Shown here piece by piece: positions 8,727 to 19,850 of a stretch of 64,000 nt of DNA. The stretch comes from an uncultured cyanobacterium (GTDB taxonomy: Bacteria > Cyanobacteriota > Cyanobacteriia > Cyanobacteriales > Nostocaceae): NCBI GenBank assembly GCA_963706595.1, contig OY970166.1:5184001-5248000 (forward strand). Reading direction: 5' to 3'. A program made the position numbers and the translations under genes. The notes below the pieces were generated by a model. That model did not search any database. It worked only from the letters and a program-made list of their open reading frames with translations, and was not told the DNA's origin. How positions within the stretch are numbered: position 1 is the first letter of the stretch; each line of letters starts with the position of its first letter.

Positions 8727-10007
8727 CTACCCACACTGACTTGGAGTACCAAGTACAGTGTCGGCTTCTGTAATCACGGGGGAATGCCCAAACTTAGACT
8801 TTCGCCCAAGTTTAGGACTTACTTCCCCTCCTACAGCAGAGACGGCTGAACCTTCCGCCTTTATCCCTTCGGCTTCGCTCAGGGCAAGCATTCTGATGCC
8901 TTCTGCTCTAATATTGATGGCTGCGTTTCCATCACGGTCATGATGAGTGCCACAATGAGGACAAGTCCACTCCCTCACCTCTAAAGGCATCTCACTTACT
9001 TGATAGAAACAATTAGAACAGAGTTTAGAACTGGGAAACCATCTATCAATTTCAATCAACTCCCCACCTTTGCGCTCTAGCTTATAGGCTAAAAAGTGGG
9101 TAAATGTTCCCCATCCTGCATCAGATATTGATTTCGCCAATTTGTGATTACAAACCATGCCTTTGACATGAAGATTTTCTACTATGACAGCTTGGCTATC
9201 GCTGACCAACTTATAACTAAGTTTATGTAGAAAATCCTGCCGGGAATTGCTAATTCGTTCGTACACTTTGGCAACAACTTTTCTGCATCTATTTCTTGAG
9301 TTACTCCCATTTTGCTTACGGGCTAACTTTTTTTGTTTACGCTTGAGGTTCTTTTCGTGCTTGGCAAGGTGTTTAGGGTTGTCGTATTTGGATATCTTTT
9401 CACCATCAGTTACAACAGCGAAATGTTTCAGCCCTAAATCAATGCCGTAAATCTTTCCTTCCGTAATAGCAGGAGTTTCCCCCTCTACTTCTGTCAGGAT
9501 AGATGCAAAGTATTTACCTGAAGGCGTTTTATTAACAGTTACAGTCTTTATTTTCCCCTCAATCAGCCGATGTATTTTGGCTTTGACTGTCCCAATGTTG
9601 CCTGGAAGTTTGACATTGCCATCTACAATCTTAACGTTTTGAGGATACTGGATAGACTGTTTTCCGTGCCTAGATTTGAACTTAGGGAATCCAGCACGTT
9701 TATCAAAAAAATTTTTGTATGCTGTGGTTAGATTAAGTGTTGTAGCTTGTAAAACTTGGCTATAACAATCAGCCAACCAAATAGTATCTTCTGCTTTTTT
9801 GAGCGTTGGGAGAAATGCGTTGAGTGCTGCACGAGTAAGCCCTTTCCCTGTTTCTTTATAAGTCTCAATTGACTTATTTAGGGCATAGTTCCACCACCAA
9901 CGAGCGCAGCCAAAAGCTTGAGCTAATTGAATTTGCTGTTCTTGTGACGGATACAAACGAACTTGTACAACCCTTCGACATCGCTCAGGGCAAGCCTTAT
10001 GCAACAC
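8727..10007 (-). CDS. tnpB: TnpB RNA-guided endonuclease
   Basis: N-terminal HTH (VRLYPSQEQ..FGCARW), RuvC D-E-D (GIDLG, VENL, DRDGNAA), zinc ribbon CSNC/CPHC. Confidence 0.95.
   Translation of the reverse strand: MLHKACPERCRRVVQVRLYPSQEQQIQLAQAFGCARWWWNYALNKSIETYKETGKGLTRAALNAFLPTLKKAEDTIWLADCYSQVLQATTLNLTTAYKNFFDKRAGFPKFKSRHGKQSIQYPQNVKIVDGNVKLPGNIGTVKAKIHRLIEGKIKTVTVNKTPSGKYFASILTEVEGETPAITEGKIYGIDLGLKHFAVVTDGEKISKYDNPKHLAKHEKNLKRKQKKLARKQNGSNSRNRCRKVVAKVYERISNSRQDFLHKLSYKLVSDSQAVIVENLHVKGMVCNHKLAKSISDAGWGTFTHFLAYKLERKGGELIEIDRWFPSSKLCSNCFYQVSEMPLEVREWTCPHCGTHHDRDGNAAINIRAEGIRMLALSEAEGIKAEGSAVSAVGGEVSPKLGRKSKFGHSPVITEADTVLGTPSQCG
8865..8888. repeat. 24-nt small dispersed repeat inserted in-frame in tnpB
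   Basis: CCCTTCGGCTTCGCTCAGGGCAAG, adds LALSEAEG. Confidence 0.75.
9971..9994. repeat. 24-nt small dispersed repeat inserted in-frame in tnpB
   Basis: CCCTTCGACATCGCTCAGGGCAAG, adds about ACPERCRR; 22/24 identical to the 8865 copy. Confidence 0.75.
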
Positions 10008-10415
10008 TTAACATCACCTCATTGTTATATGTATCTTACCATGATATATATTTTCTGATAACCCCTTGAAATAAAATAATTGTTGATTCGTCATACATCT
10101 AATATTTGTCTTTGCTATGCAAAAAATCAATATTAGATGCAATCCTTCTCAACCGCCTTATATCCCGCCACTGATTCTGGGTACAGAATTCAGATCGGGG
10201 ACTTACGGCGTAATAGTTAAATGTTTTTGGTACACTACAATACCATTCATCGCTAAAAGTGCCTTTTTTAGGTGCTTTTTATTGTGGAAATTGCGATTTT
10301 TTATCAGAGTTTAATTTTTCTACCCAGTCTTAATACGGTTAAGATTAGGTTTATTTTTTAAACAAACCGCAGAGGCACAGAGGACACTCAGATGTAAGAG
10401 ACAGAAGGAAATGCT

Positions 10416-10676
10416 TTACCATTTCAAGTATGAGGCTTCTATTCCTTGTTCTCGTTTAATTTTGGCATCGGTTTCAAACCACGTAATCAGTTGCTGTGTG
10501 GTTAAGTCTTCCATAGCTACACCGTACTCTTGGGCAATATGCTTGAGGACTTTGAGGGATGAAATTGTTATTCTGGTTAAAAATTTCTCTGATGAAGATA
10601 GCAACGCTGCATCTACTTTGGCTGATTCTTCTAAGGTGAGAAATTGGGTTGTTGGTTGCTGTGGTGGTATATCCAT
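10416..10676 (-). CDS. Conserved cyanobacterial hypothetical protein downstream of sufR
   Basis: 86-aa ORF, FLTLEESAKVDAALLS...YLKW; co-oriented with sufR. Confidence 0.7.
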   Translation of the reverse strand: MDIPPQQPTTQFLTLEESAKVDAALLSSSEKFLTRITISSLKVLKHIAQEYGVAMEDLTTQQLITWFETDAKIKREQGIEASYLKW

Positions 10677-10782
10677 ATATTTAGTTTTTACTTAGTTTTT
10701 ACACCTATTTAAATGTTGATTCATGGACAATCAATAATTATTGATTAGTAAAAAGCCTTACCACTCAAATATTAGCCATGAT

Positions 10783-11469
10783 TTAAACTGAATGTGATTG
10801 TGTTGGTCGAGCTTGCACTAAATAGCCGCAACGATGTTCCCCATCGATAATCCAATGGGTTCGCTCTACGTGACAATCTGGTAGCACGGCTGCAAACATT
10901 TCTAATTCGTGACCGCAGATGCTAGGGAAAGACTCAGCGACATTGGAAATCGCACAGTTATGTTCCATGAAGATAAAGCTATCTTCTTGTGAGGATTCCA
11001 CTGAGTGATATTCTGCCATGAATCCTTCAGTTTTTCTCAGAGTCACTAAATTAGCTACACGCTCTTCTAGTGATCCGTTGCCGACGCGATCGCGATATTC
11101 TTGAGCTTTACGCTCCCACTGTTTTTGTAAAATCGAGGTTACTTGGTCACGGCCTACGGTTTCTGCTAAAGTATCCAGCAGTGAAACAGCAAATTCACCA
11201 TAGCGATCGCTTTGATGATTATTTAAACTCCGTTGCAGGCGATCGCGTCCCCGGCGGCTTAACTTATAGATATGCTGCGGCCGCCCCATACCTATTTGTG
11301 CAGATGAATACAAAACTAAATCTTCCGTCTCCAAATCTTTCAAATGACGACGAATTGCTTGCTTGCTCACATCTAAAACTTCGGCTAACTCAAAAGCAGT
11401 TGCTTGTGAGCGCTTAAGCAGATACTCCAGAATATCTTGCTTGGTTGAGGTCTGGTGAATAGTCTCCAT
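10783..11469 (-). CDS. sufR: SufR Fe-S cluster biogenesis repressor
   Basis: N-terminal wHTH (AIRRHLKDLE, GRPQHIY), C-terminal HNC...ICGHE...HRC ligands; divergent from sufB. Start placed at ATG 11469 (track ORF opens at 11502). Confidence 0.93.
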   Translation of the reverse strand: METIHQTSTKQDILEYLLKRSQATAFELAEVLDVSKQAIRRHLKDLETEDLVLYSSAQIGMGRPQHIYKLSRRGRDRLQRSLNNHQSDRYGEFAVSLLDTLAETVGRDQVTSILQKQWERKAQEYRDRVGNGSLEERVANLVTLRKTEGFMAEYHSVESSQEDSFIFMEHNCAISNVAESFPSICGHELEMFAAVLPDCHVERTHWIIDGEHRCGYLVQARPTQSHSV

Positions 11470-11526
11470 TTGCTCTACAAGACGCTGCATGAACGTCCCC
11501 AAATATTTTTTTTAGAAAATTTGACT

Positions 11527-11589
11527 TTAACAACATTCTTGTTGTTAATTTAGCGTAAAATGAAAATAAATTAAACAACCCACAAGTTG
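11527..11589. promoter_or_regulatory. Two SufR operators (CAAC-N6-GTTG)
   Basis: TTAACAAC-ATTCTT-GTTGTTAA (core 11531-11544) and AACAAC-CCACAA-GTTGTT (core 11576-11589) between sufR and sufB. Confidence 0.85.
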
Positions 11590-11740
11590 TTTTAATCCCA
11601 AAGTCCTATTTTAACAGCCGTGTTACCAACTGGTTGCACGACAAGAGAAGAGGCTCAACCACAGCCCGTCTCCCATTCTTAAAGAGATTTCCGTAAACAG
11701 ATTCCACGATTCCAGTTCTGAACACAAGAGATTAATACCG

Positions 11741-13180
11741 ATGAGTGTCACTGCCAAAACCTTAGTCAACCAACCCTACAAGTACGGTTTTATTACAGAT
11801 ATTGAAGCTGATACTATCCCACGTGGACTAAATGAGGACGTTGTTCGCTTGATCTCCTCCAAGAAGAACGAGCCACAATTCATGTTAGATTTTCGCCTCA
11901 GATGCTATCGCCAGTGGCTCAAAATGACGGAACCAACTTGGCCGAGTGTCAAGTATCCAGCTATTGACTATCAGAATATTATCTACTATTCCGCGCCCAA
12001 GAAGAAGAAAGCCAAGCTCAACAGCTTAGATGAGGTAGATCCTACCCTGCTAGAAACCTTTGAAAAATTGGGTATTTCCCTCACTGAACAGAAGCGGCTA
12101 GCAAATGTGGCTGTCGATGCAATTTTCGATAGCGTTTCTGTTGCTACCACATTTAAGGACAAACTCGCCGAAGATGGAGTTATCTTTTGCTCAATTTCGG
12201 AAGCCTTACAAGAACATCCCGAACTTGTGCGGAAGTATCTGGGTAGTGTCGTTCCCGCAGCAGATAATTATTTTGCCGCTTTAAATGGTGCTGTATTCAG
12301 TGATGGTTCTTTTGTCTATATTCCTAAAGGCGTAAAATGCCCAATGGAACTATCTACATATTTCCGCATCAACTCTGGTGACACAGGACAGTTTGAACGG
12401 ACTTTGATTGTGGCTGAAGAAGGTAGCTATGTTTCCTACCTAGAAGGTTGCACTGCGCCGATGTATGACACCAACCAATTACACGCCGCAGTTGTGGAAC
12501 TTGTCGCCTTGGATAATGCGGAAATTAAATACTCCACTGTTCAAAACTGGTACGCCGGTGATGAAAAGGGTAAAGGTGGGATTTATAATTTCGTTACCAA
12601 GCGCGGTTTGTGTCAAGGTGTGAATTCTAAGATTTCCTGGACTCAAGTAGAAACAGGTTCAGCAATTACTTGGAAGTATCCTAGCTGTGTGTTGGTGGGT
12701 GATAATTCTGTGGGTGAATTTTACTCGGTGGCGCTGACAAATAATATGCAGCAAGCTGACACGGGTACGAAGATGATTCACGTTGGTAAAAATACTCGCA
12801 GTACGATTATTTCTAAGGGAATATCGGCGGGTAATTCTAGCAATAGTTATCGCGGTTTGGTGAAGGTGAATCCCACGGCTAAGGGTGCGAGAAATTATTC
12901 TCAGTGTGACTCGATGCTGATTGGCGATAATGCCCATGCTAATACTTTCCCTTATATTCAGGTGCAGAATAACGCTAGTAAGGTGGAGCATGAGGCTTCT
13001 ACTTCTAAGATTGGTGAGGACCAATTGTTTTATTTTGCTCAACGGGGTATTTCGCCGGAGGACGCTATTTCGATGATGATTAGCGGTTTCTGTAAGGATG
13101 TTTTTAATCAGCTACCTATGGAGTTTGCTGTGGAAGCTGACAAGCTTTTGAGTATGAAGTTGGAAGGTAGTGTTGGGTAG
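11741..13180 (+). CDS. sufB: Fe-S cluster assembly protein SufB
   Basis: [35 protein letters not shown] motifs. Confidence 0.97.
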   Translation: MSVTAKTLVNQPYKYGFITDIEADTIPRGLNEDVVRLISSKKNEPQFMLDFRLRCYRQWLKMTEPTWPSVKYPAIDYQNIIYYSAPKKKKAKLNSLDEVDPTLLETFEKLGISLTEQKRLANVAVDAIFDSVSVATTFKDKLAEDGVIFCSISEALQEHPELVRKYLGSVVPAADNYFAALNGAVFSDGSFVYIPKGVKCPMELSTYFRINSGDTGQFERTLIVAEEGSYVSYLEGCTAPMYDTNQLHAAVVELVALDNAEIKYSTVQNWYAGDEKGKGGIYNFVTKRGLCQGVNSKISWTQVETGSAITWKYPSCVLVGDNSVGEFYSVALTNNMQQADTGTKMIHVGKNTRSTIISKGISAGNSSNSYRGLVKVNPTAKGARNYSQCDSMLIGDNAHANTFPYIQVQNNASKVEHEASTSKIGEDQLFYFAQRGISPEDAISMMISGFCKDVFNQLPMEFAVEADKLLSMKLEGSVG

Positions 13181-13248
13181 TTGGTTTTAGAGGAACGAAC
13201 CGCCAAGCCGCCAAGGACGCAAAGAAAGAGAAGATAAGAGAAGAAAAG

Positions 13249-14031
13249 ATGATTATTGAAAATAGCGAAGTTGTGCTGTCTGTTAAGGGTTTGACGGCTA
13301 GTGTTGATGGGACTCCGATTTTGAAGGGTTTGGACCTTGAGGTTCGGGCTGGCGAAATTCATGCAATTATGGGACCGAATGGTTCTGGTAAGAGTACTTT
13401 TTCTAAGGTTTTGGCTGGACACCCGGCTTATGAGGTGACTGGTGGTGAGGTGATTTTCCAAGGTCAAAATCTTTTGGAAATGGAACCGGAGGAACGGGCT
13501 AGAAGCGGTGTGTTTTTAGCGTTTCAATATCCGTTGGAAATTCCAGGTGTGAGTAATCTGGATTTTTTACGGGTTGCTTACAATTCTCGCCGCAAAGCTC
13601 AGGGTTTGGAGGAGTTGGACGCTTTCGATTTTGATGATTTGATTGAGGAAAAGTTGGAAGTTGTAAAAATGAATCCGGCTTTTCTCAACCGTAGTCTGAA
13701 TGAAGGGTTTTCTGGTGGTGAGAAGAAGCGGAATGAAATTCTGCAAATGGCTCTGCTGGAACCAAAGTTGGGTATTCTGGATGAGACTGATTCGGGTTTG
13801 GATATTGATGCTCTGAGAATTGTGGCTGATGGTGTGAATCAATTGGCTAGTCCAGAAAATGCCACAATTATGATTACTCACTATCAACGTTTGCTCAATT
13901 ATATTGTGCCTGACTATGTCCATGTTATGGCTCATGGTCGCATTCTTATGTGTGGACGTAAAGATTTGGCGCTGGAATTGGAAGAGCGCGGTTATGACTG
14001 GGTTCTGGAAGGTGCTGAGGTGGGTGTGTAA
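13249..14031 (+). CDS. sufC: Fe-S cluster assembly ATPase SufC
   Basis: [28 protein letters not shown]. Confidence 0.97.
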   Translation: MIIENSEVVLSVKGLTASVDGTPILKGLDLEVRAGEIHAIMGPNGSGKSTFSKVLAGHPAYEVTGGEVIFQGQNLLEMEPEERARSGVFLAFQYPLEIPGVSNLDFLRVAYNSRRKAQGLEELDAFDFDDLIEEKLEVVKMNPAFLNRSLNEGFSGGEKKRNEILQMALLEPKLGILDETDSGLDIDALRIVADGVNQLASPENATIMITHYQRLLNYIVPDYVHVMAHGRILMCGRKDLALELEERGYDWVLEGAEVGV

Positions 14032-15410
14032 TGACTATTCAAGTTTCTCCTAGTCCGGTTCCTAACTCGAATGCTGTGAGTTTGACTTCTACTCTGTTGG
14101 ATAAGGATAGTTATCTGACTGGGTTGTTAGATGAAGTTACTACACCACAAACAGCAGATTATTTCCAAGAAATACGCCAAGGTGCTGCTAATTGGGTGCG
14201 TCATTCCAGTATCCCCACTACTCGTGAGGAAGAATGGCGGTTTACTGATTTATCGGCGCTGCGTCAAGTGCAGTTTCATCTGGAAACACAATTAAAATCA
14301 GTTGATATTTCGGCTTTAACTTTACCAGAAGCTGTTAATAGTCGTTTGGTGTTTGTTAATGGTGTCTATGCGCCGGATTTATCCGCCGTTGCAGATTTAC
14401 CTTCTGGGGTTGTTGTCGGTAATTTGGCGGGTTTTTCTCGGTCTCAGCAAGAGCGTGTTAAACAGTTTTTAGCTCAAGCTGAGGGTTCACAGGAGGTTTT
14501 TACTGCTCTCAATACTGCTGGAATCTCTGATGCGGCGGTGGTTTGGGTGGCTAAGAATGTGATTGTGGAAACTCCTATTCACCTGTTGTTTGTTAATACT
14601 GCTGGTGAACAAGCGACGATTTCTCAGCCCCGTTGTTTGGTGGTGGCTGAAACTGGTGGTAGTGTGACTTTGGTGGAAGATTTTATTAACCACAGAGGCG
14701 CAGAGGACGCAGAGAATGAGGGGGTTTACCTCACTAATGCGGTTACGGAAATTTGGCTGGGTGAGAATGCTCAGGTGAGTCATACTAGAATTGAGCGGGA
14801 AGGTGCTGAGGCTTTTCATGTAGGGAAGACTGCTGTTACTCAAGCTCGTGATAGTCGATATACTTGTCATGCTTTGAGTTTTGGTGCTAAGTTATCGCGC
14901 CACAATTTAGAAATTCTGCAAACTGGCGAACAAACCGAAACGACTCTCAACGGTTTGACGATGATTTCTGGTAGACAGGTGGGTGATACTCACAGTGCGA
15001 TCGCACTTAATCATCCCCATAGTACCAGCACACAGTTACATAAGTGCATTGTAGGCGATCGCGCTCATGCAGTATTCAATGGCAAGGTGTTTGTGCCGAA
15101 AGCCGCGCAGTTAACAAATGCCGGTCAATTAAATCGCAATTTATTGTTATCATCAAAGGCCAGAGTTGATACTAAGCCTCAGTTGGAAATTACCGCCGAC
15201 AACGTGAAATGCGCTCATGGTGCTACCGTTAGTCAGTTGGAAGATGATGAAATCTTTTATCTCCAAAGTCGGGGAATTAACGAAGATGATGCGCGTAAGT
15301 TGTTAATTAATGCCTTTGCTGCGGAAATTATCAACCAAATCCCAGTCAAATCTCTGCAAACAGTCCTATTAAACACAGTTAATAGTCTCAAGTCTTTGAC
15401 TAATGACTAA
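14031..15410 (+). CDS. sufD: Fe-S cluster assembly protein SufD
   Basis: EEWRFT, KPQLEITADNVKCAHGATV, FYLQSRGI. Confidence 0.95.
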   Translation: MTIQVSPSPVPNSNAVSLTSTLLDKDSYLTGLLDEVTTPQTADYFQEIRQGAANWVRHSSIPTTREEEWRFTDLSALRQVQFHLETQLKSVDISALTLPEAVNSRLVFVNGVYAPDLSAVADLPSGVVVGNLAGFSRSQQERVKQFLAQAEGSQEVFTALNTAGISDAAVVWVAKNVIVETPIHLLFVNTAGEQATISQPRCLVVAETGGSVTLVEDFINHRGAEDAENEGVYLTNAVTEIWLGENAQVSHTRIEREGAEAFHVGKTAVTQARDSRYTCHALSFGAKLSRHNLEILQTGEQTETTLNGLTMISGRQVGDTHSAIALNHPHSTSTQLHKCIVGDRAHAVFNGKVFVPKAAQLTNAGQLNRNLLLSSKARVDTKPQLEITADNVKCAHGATVSQLEDDEIFYLQSRGINEDDARKLLINAFAAEIINQIPVKSLQTVLLNTVNSLKSLTND

Positions 15411-15548
15411 TAACTAATATTTCCTTAATGGTACAAACCCCCAGATTTATCTGGGGAATCAATCCCAAATCCTCAAACCTATAGATTTATCTGTGGAGTC
15501 AATCCAAAATCTAAAATCTAAAATCTAAAATTGTTTGACTAATTACCC

Positions 15549-16811
15549 ATGACTTTCACCCCTACCAAAACCCTAGCTGATAAAGTTCGCGCTGATTTCC
15601 CGATATTACATCAGGAAGTTAACGGGAAACCGTTGGTTTATCTGGATAATGCAGCTACTTCCCAAAAACCTTTATTCGTATTAAACATCCTGCGGGATTA
15701 TTACGAACAATATAATGCTAACGTGCATCGTGGCGCTCATACTCTGAGTGCTAAAGCTACTGATGCTTATGAAGGTGCGCGAGATAAAATAGCTAAATTT
15801 ATTAATGCTGCGTCACGTCAGGAAATCATCTACACCCGCAACGCCAGTGAAGCCATTAATCTGGTAGCTTACAGCTGGGGGATGAACAATTTGCAACCAG
15901 GGGACGAAATTATTATGTCGGTGATGGAACACCACAGTAATATTGTTCCTTGGCAACTTGTATCACAAAAAACGGGTGCGGTGTTAAAGTTTGTGGAATT
16001 GACACCAGAAGGAAGTTTTGATTTAGAACAGTTTAAAAACCTGATTTCTGACAAAACTAAATTAGTTGCTGTGAGTCATGTTTCTAATACTTTGGGTTGT
16101 ATTAATCCAGTAGCAGAAATTGCGAAGATTACTCACAAATATGGTGCAAAATTATTAGTTGATGGTTGCCAAAGTATACCTCATATGCCTGTGGATGTGC
16201 AACAAATCGACTGTGATTGGTTGGTTGCTTCCGGTCACAAAATGTGCGCTCCCACAGGCATAGGATTCTTATATGGTAAGTTGGAACTGTTAGAATCAAT
16301 GCCACCATTTTTCGGTGGTGGTGAGATGATTGCAGATGTGTATTTAGATCATTCTACCTACGCAGAATTACCGCATAAATTTGAAGCTGGGACTCCTGCA
16401 ATTGCGGAGGCGATCGCATTAGGAGCGGCAGTAGATTATCTTAGTAATATTGGCATGGATAAAATCCACGCCTACGAAGCCGAACTCACAGCGTATTTGT
16501 TCCAACAATTAGCGCAAATACCCCAAATTACAATTTACGGACCCAAACCCAACGCGAAGGGGGAAGGAAGGGCTGCATTAGCCGCATTTACAGCCGCAGA
16601 TGTCCACCCCAACGATTTATCGACATTATTAGACCAAGAAGGTGTAGCGATTCGTTCTGGACACCACTGCACTCAACCATTACACCGTTACTTAGGTTTA
16701 CCGGGAACCGCACGGGTAAGTTTATCTTTCTATAACACCCGCGAAGAAATTGATATTTTTATCACAGCGCTGAAAGAAACCCTGGACTTTTTTGCTGGTT
16801 TTCTTGCTTAA
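15549..16811 (+). CDS. sufS: Cysteine desulfurase SufS
   Basis: [16 protein letters not shown] (PLP Lys), RSGHHC. Confidence 0.96.
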   Translation: MTFTPTKTLADKVRADFPILHQEVNGKPLVYLDNAATSQKPLFVLNILRDYYEQYNANVHRGAHTLSAKATDAYEGARDKIAKFINAASRQEIIYTRNASEAINLVAYSWGMNNLQPGDEIIMSVMEHHSNIVPWQLVSQKTGAVLKFVELTPEGSFDLEQFKNLISDKTKLVAVSHVSNTLGCINPVAEIAKITHKYGAKLLVDGCQSIPHMPVDVQQIDCDWLVASGHKMCAPTGIGFLYGKLELLESMPPFFGGGEMIADVYLDHSTYAELPHKFEAGTPAIAEAIALGAAVDYLSNIGMDKIHAYEAELTAYLFQQLAQIPQITIYGPKPNAKGEGRAALAAFTAADVHPNDLSTLLDQEGVAIRSGHHCTQPLHRYLGLPGTARVSLSFYNTREEIDIFITALKETLDFFAGFLA

Positions 16812-16823
16812 AGATTAGGTGGG

Positions 16824-16916
16824 TATCGGTATGCACTTGAATGAAGTACATCATAGCCCCCTCCTCGCTTGCGGGGAGGGGGTTCTTGTATCTCACTTAA
16901 CTGAATAACCGCCATA
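16824..16916 (-). mobile_element. MITE family A copy
   Basis: Reverse-orientation copy of the 29575-29668 element, directly after sufS. Confidence 0.75.
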
Positions 16917-17008
16917 ATTCCCACCTTTTTGATATTTAGCGCTAAGTCCCATACTGCAAAACAGAGAGCAAATTTAATTTAAAGGTAAAAAACAACGGAC
17001 AGTTTTTT

Positions 17009-17498
17009 TGATGAACTAGGTGAATTCAGTCAAGTTGAAGAAGCTATTGGTGAATTAGATGGTAAGACCAAAACATTAGTCACATTGGGTGATGATGAAG
17101 CTTATATGAGTATTGGCGGTGGTAATTCAGGAAAATATGTTGTTACTGCAACTTTAGATAATGAGAGTTTTTATACTCTTTTACATCAGCCCAAATACGA
17201 TATCAAGACTTCTATATCTTCTAAAAATCAAATCAGTGTACTTCATTTCTATAATGAATTAACAAAACAAAGAGATAATCTAGACACTCATAACGATAAA
17301 GTCATTTTTGTTTCACCTAAATTCTCAAAATCTAAGGATACAGAAGAATTAGTAGTTGGAGGTCAAGCAGGTAATTATCCTGTAAAAATGTGTGTTGATT
17401 TACTCGAATGTTTACTAGCTGCAATCACATTTGCTGAGTCAGGTCAACTTGAACCTTCATTGACTTGGAAAGAGGATGAATCTTTAGTTATGGTGTAA
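17009..17498 (+). pseudogene. Imm1-like immunity protein, N-terminally eroded
   Basis: Open frame continues upstream of the TTG as DELGEFSQVEEAIGELDGKTKTLVTLGDDEAYMSIGGG but reaches a stop with no ATG; ends AAITFAESGQLEPSLTW. Family call is by recalled motif. Confidence 0.5.
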
Positions 17499-17535
17499 TA
17501 TCAAGTCCGATTGTCATGGAATAAATATTGTAATA

Positions 17536-18167
17536 TGCTTGCCCAGTCAACGCTTGCTGAACAAAGAACGGTTTTACATAACGTAAGCTGGGAAACCTTT
17601 GAAGCCTTGCTGAGAGATACAGGTGAGGATAGAGGTTCTCGGCTTGCTTATGACTGCGGTACTTTAGAAATCATGACCCCACTTTTTGAACATGAAAATG
17701 CTAAAAGTAATTTTGGCAATTTTATTATTGCTTTAGCTGAAGAATTAGATATTGAAGTCAGAAGTGCTGGTTCCACAACACTGAAGAGACGATTAGCAAA
17801 TCGAGGTATAGAACCAGATAATTGCTATTATATTCAAAATGAACCAGCTATTAGAGGTCAGGAAACACTAAATTTAGAAACAGATCCTCCCCCTGATTTA
17901 GCCATTGAAATTGACATTACCAGTAGTTCAGTTAATAAATTGGGTATTTATGCAGCGTTGGGTGTTACTGAATTGTGGAGATATAACGGACAAGATTTAA
18001 AATTTTATCATTTGCTAGAAGGGCAATATATTGAGTCTAGCTTTAGTATTGCCTTCCCCCTAATTTCAGTTAGTGATATCAGCCGATTTATGCAGCAGAT
18101 TAAAAACATGGGTAAAATTGCTTTATTGAAATCCTTCCGTGTTTGGGTGAAGACGAAAATACAGTAA
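17536..18167 (+). CDS. Uma2 / DUF820 family PD-(D/E)XK protein
   Basis: VSWETFE..L, GTLEIMTP..EHE, IEPDNCYY, PPDLAIEID. Start near the internal ATG (MLAQS); track ORF opens at 17511. Confidence 0.9.
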
Positions 18168-18195
18168 TTAAATAGCAATTTATCTGCATCATTGA

Positions 18196-18240
18196 TTACG
18201 AATTACGAATTACGAATTACGAATTACGAATTACGAATTA
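18196..18240. repeat. STRR heptamer array (TTACGAA)n
   Basis: About 6 copies, overlapping the stop codon of the TPR gene. Confidence 0.85.
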
Positions 18241-19304
18241 GTAGATTTACCCTCCTGATATTGCATAGCTTTAGCATAATCACCCAAGGCTTTACAAGTG
18301 AATATCAACTTAGCTAGGGCTTGTTTTTCCATGCGGGAATCTTTAATTTTTCTGGCTAACAGCAAACGTTCTTCATAATATTTAATTGCTTTTTTATAGT
18401 CGCCCAAGGCTTCACAAGCAAACCCTAGACTGCTAAGAGATTGTTCTTCGCTACGCGTATCTTGAAGTTCTTTAGCCAATTGTAAACGCTCCTCATAATA
18501 GAGAATGGCTTTGCCATAATTGCTTGTCGCACAGCAAGCATTACCCAAGTTTTTGAGTACCTGAGAAACAGTGCGAAGACGGTTAAGTGAGCGTGCTATT
18601 CTTACACATCTTTCATAGTGAGCGATCGCTTGCGGGTAATTGTCCAAAGCATAATAAGCATTACCTATATTCTTCAGGACTTGTTCCATACCCCAATTGT
18701 CTTGGAGTTCTTCAACAATTTCTAAACTTTGTTTTTGATATTCAATTGCTTGTGCAAATTTACCCTCAGCTTTATACACCAATCCCAAATTATTTAAAGC
18801 TGCCACCTGACTTCGCTTATTTGATACCTGAAGAGTAAGTTTTAAACACTTTTGCAGATACTTAATTGCCTGTTTATAGTCGCTCAGGTGGCGGTAAGCA
18901 TTACCCAAATAAGAAAGTGCTTGCATCTGGATCGATAAGTCTTTGCTAACCTGTTCCAAAGCTAGACACTGCTGGGCATAAGCAATTGTGCTTTGATAAT
19001 CACCTGAACTATAGGTAATAAGTGCTAAAAAAGAAAGTGTCTGTTCCTGGTGTTGTACGTCACCCACAGCCTGAAACATCTCTAGGGCTTGTTTTAATGA
19101 CTTTAAAGCCGCTATTAATTCCCCAGCTTCTTGCTGTTGAACTCCTTGATACAGTAACTTGGATGCTTCCGATAACTGGCGATCGCTTACCTGTGGAAGT
19201 ACAATTTCCCCCAAAGAATTCTGGTCAAATTCATGGGTAATAGTATCGGGGATGATTTTTTTAAACGTCTTTTTGAGACTATGCTGAAATTCACCGTTAG
19301 ACAT
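18231..19304 (-). CDS. TPR-repeat protein
   Basis: Repeated ALxxLGNAY..LGDY..AI.Y units of about 40 aa. Confidence 0.88.
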   Translation of the reverse strand: MSNGEFQHSLKKTFKKIIPDTITHEFDQNSLGEIVLPQVSDRQLSEASKLLYQGVQQQEAGELIAALKSLKQALEMFQAVGDVQHQEQTLSFLALITYSSGDYQSTIAYAQQCLALEQVSKDLSIQMQALSYLGNAYRHLSDYKQAIKYLQKCLKLTLQVSNKRSQVAALNNLGLVYKAEGKFAQAIEYQKQSLEIVEELQDNWGMEQVLKNIGNAYYALDNYPQAIAHYERCVRIARSLNRLRTVSQVLKNLGNACCATSNYGKAILYYEERLQLAKELQDTRSEEQSLSSLGFACEALGDYKKAIKYYEERLLLARKIKDSRMEKQALAKLIFTCKALGDYAKAMQYQEGKSTNS

Positions 19305-19393
19305 CGACCAATTCCTGTTAACTTTTGTGATAAACCTAGTGTTCCCAAAACCGCAGTTTTCCTTTCATACATGAAATAACAGGGAGATGTCTA

Positions 19394-19545
19394 ATGCAAA
19401 GAATCCTTGAACCAGAAGTTATGGATACCTGGGAATACGGCTTCTGCACAAGAGGCGATCGCCTTGGATTTGAGAGAGAGAACAGGGGCTGATATTGGAT
19501 GCTGGGACGGAAACTGGTGGGATTCCGATGTTAATCTGTCAGAAG
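19394..19545 (+). pseudogene. Remnant of a class I SAM-dependent methyltransferase
   Basis: MQRILEPEVMDTWE, then in shifted frames NTASAQEAIAL and LILDAGT..GIPMLICQ; frameshifted and truncated. Confidence 0.55.
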
Positions 19546-19547
19546 TT

Positions 19548-19850
19548 TTATCTATTCATTGGTGTTTTGCTACTCCAAACCTGTTCAAATTCGGCTTTGG
19601 TAATACCGAACTCTTGAATATCTTCTTCACCTAAAGGTTTATCACATAACATTCCATGATTATCTGCAAAATGGCTACCATCGTAAAATAATACGTTGCC
19701 ATTTTCGTAAACTTCTATTTGTCTGACAGCACATAAATCATAGCCAACTTCCATGAAATAGGTGCTTGTACCCCAAGTATCATACTCGCCGCCAAGGGAT
19801 TCATCCCAGAACCATTTACAATATTTCTTTAACTTTCTTGATAGAGACAT
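19548..19850 (-). CDS. Small acidic/aromatic protein (DUF6881-like)
   Basis: YCKWFWDE...YFMEV....RQIEVYENG...ITKAEFEQVW; start set at ATG 19850. Confidence 0.6.
   Translation of the reverse strand: MSLSRKLKKYCKWFWDESLGGEYDTWGTSTYFMEVGYDLCAVRQIEVYENGNVLFYDGSHFADNHGMLCDKPLGEEDIQEFGITKAEFEQVWSSKTPMNR

Larger units (their letters stand above)
8722..10209 (-). mobile_element. tnpB-only (IS1341-like, non-autonomous) IS200/IS605 element
   Basis: On the minus strand it begins right after TTAC (10213-10210) with a hairpin-rich left end (GCCGTAAGTCCCCGATCTGAATTC...) and ends ...GTGGGTAGTTCAC at 8722; no target duplication; no room for tnpA. Confidence 0.8.

Noticed and set aside
10008..10209. tnpA transposase upstream of tnpB
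   Set aside because: Only about 200 bp lie between tnpB and the left end; no HUH/Y1 or serine recombinase ORF
12659..16054. Antisense ORFs within suf genes (and similar ones within gcvP, dnaN, map and the kinases)
   Set aside because: Fully overlap well-supported genes on the opposite strand and show no recognisable motifs
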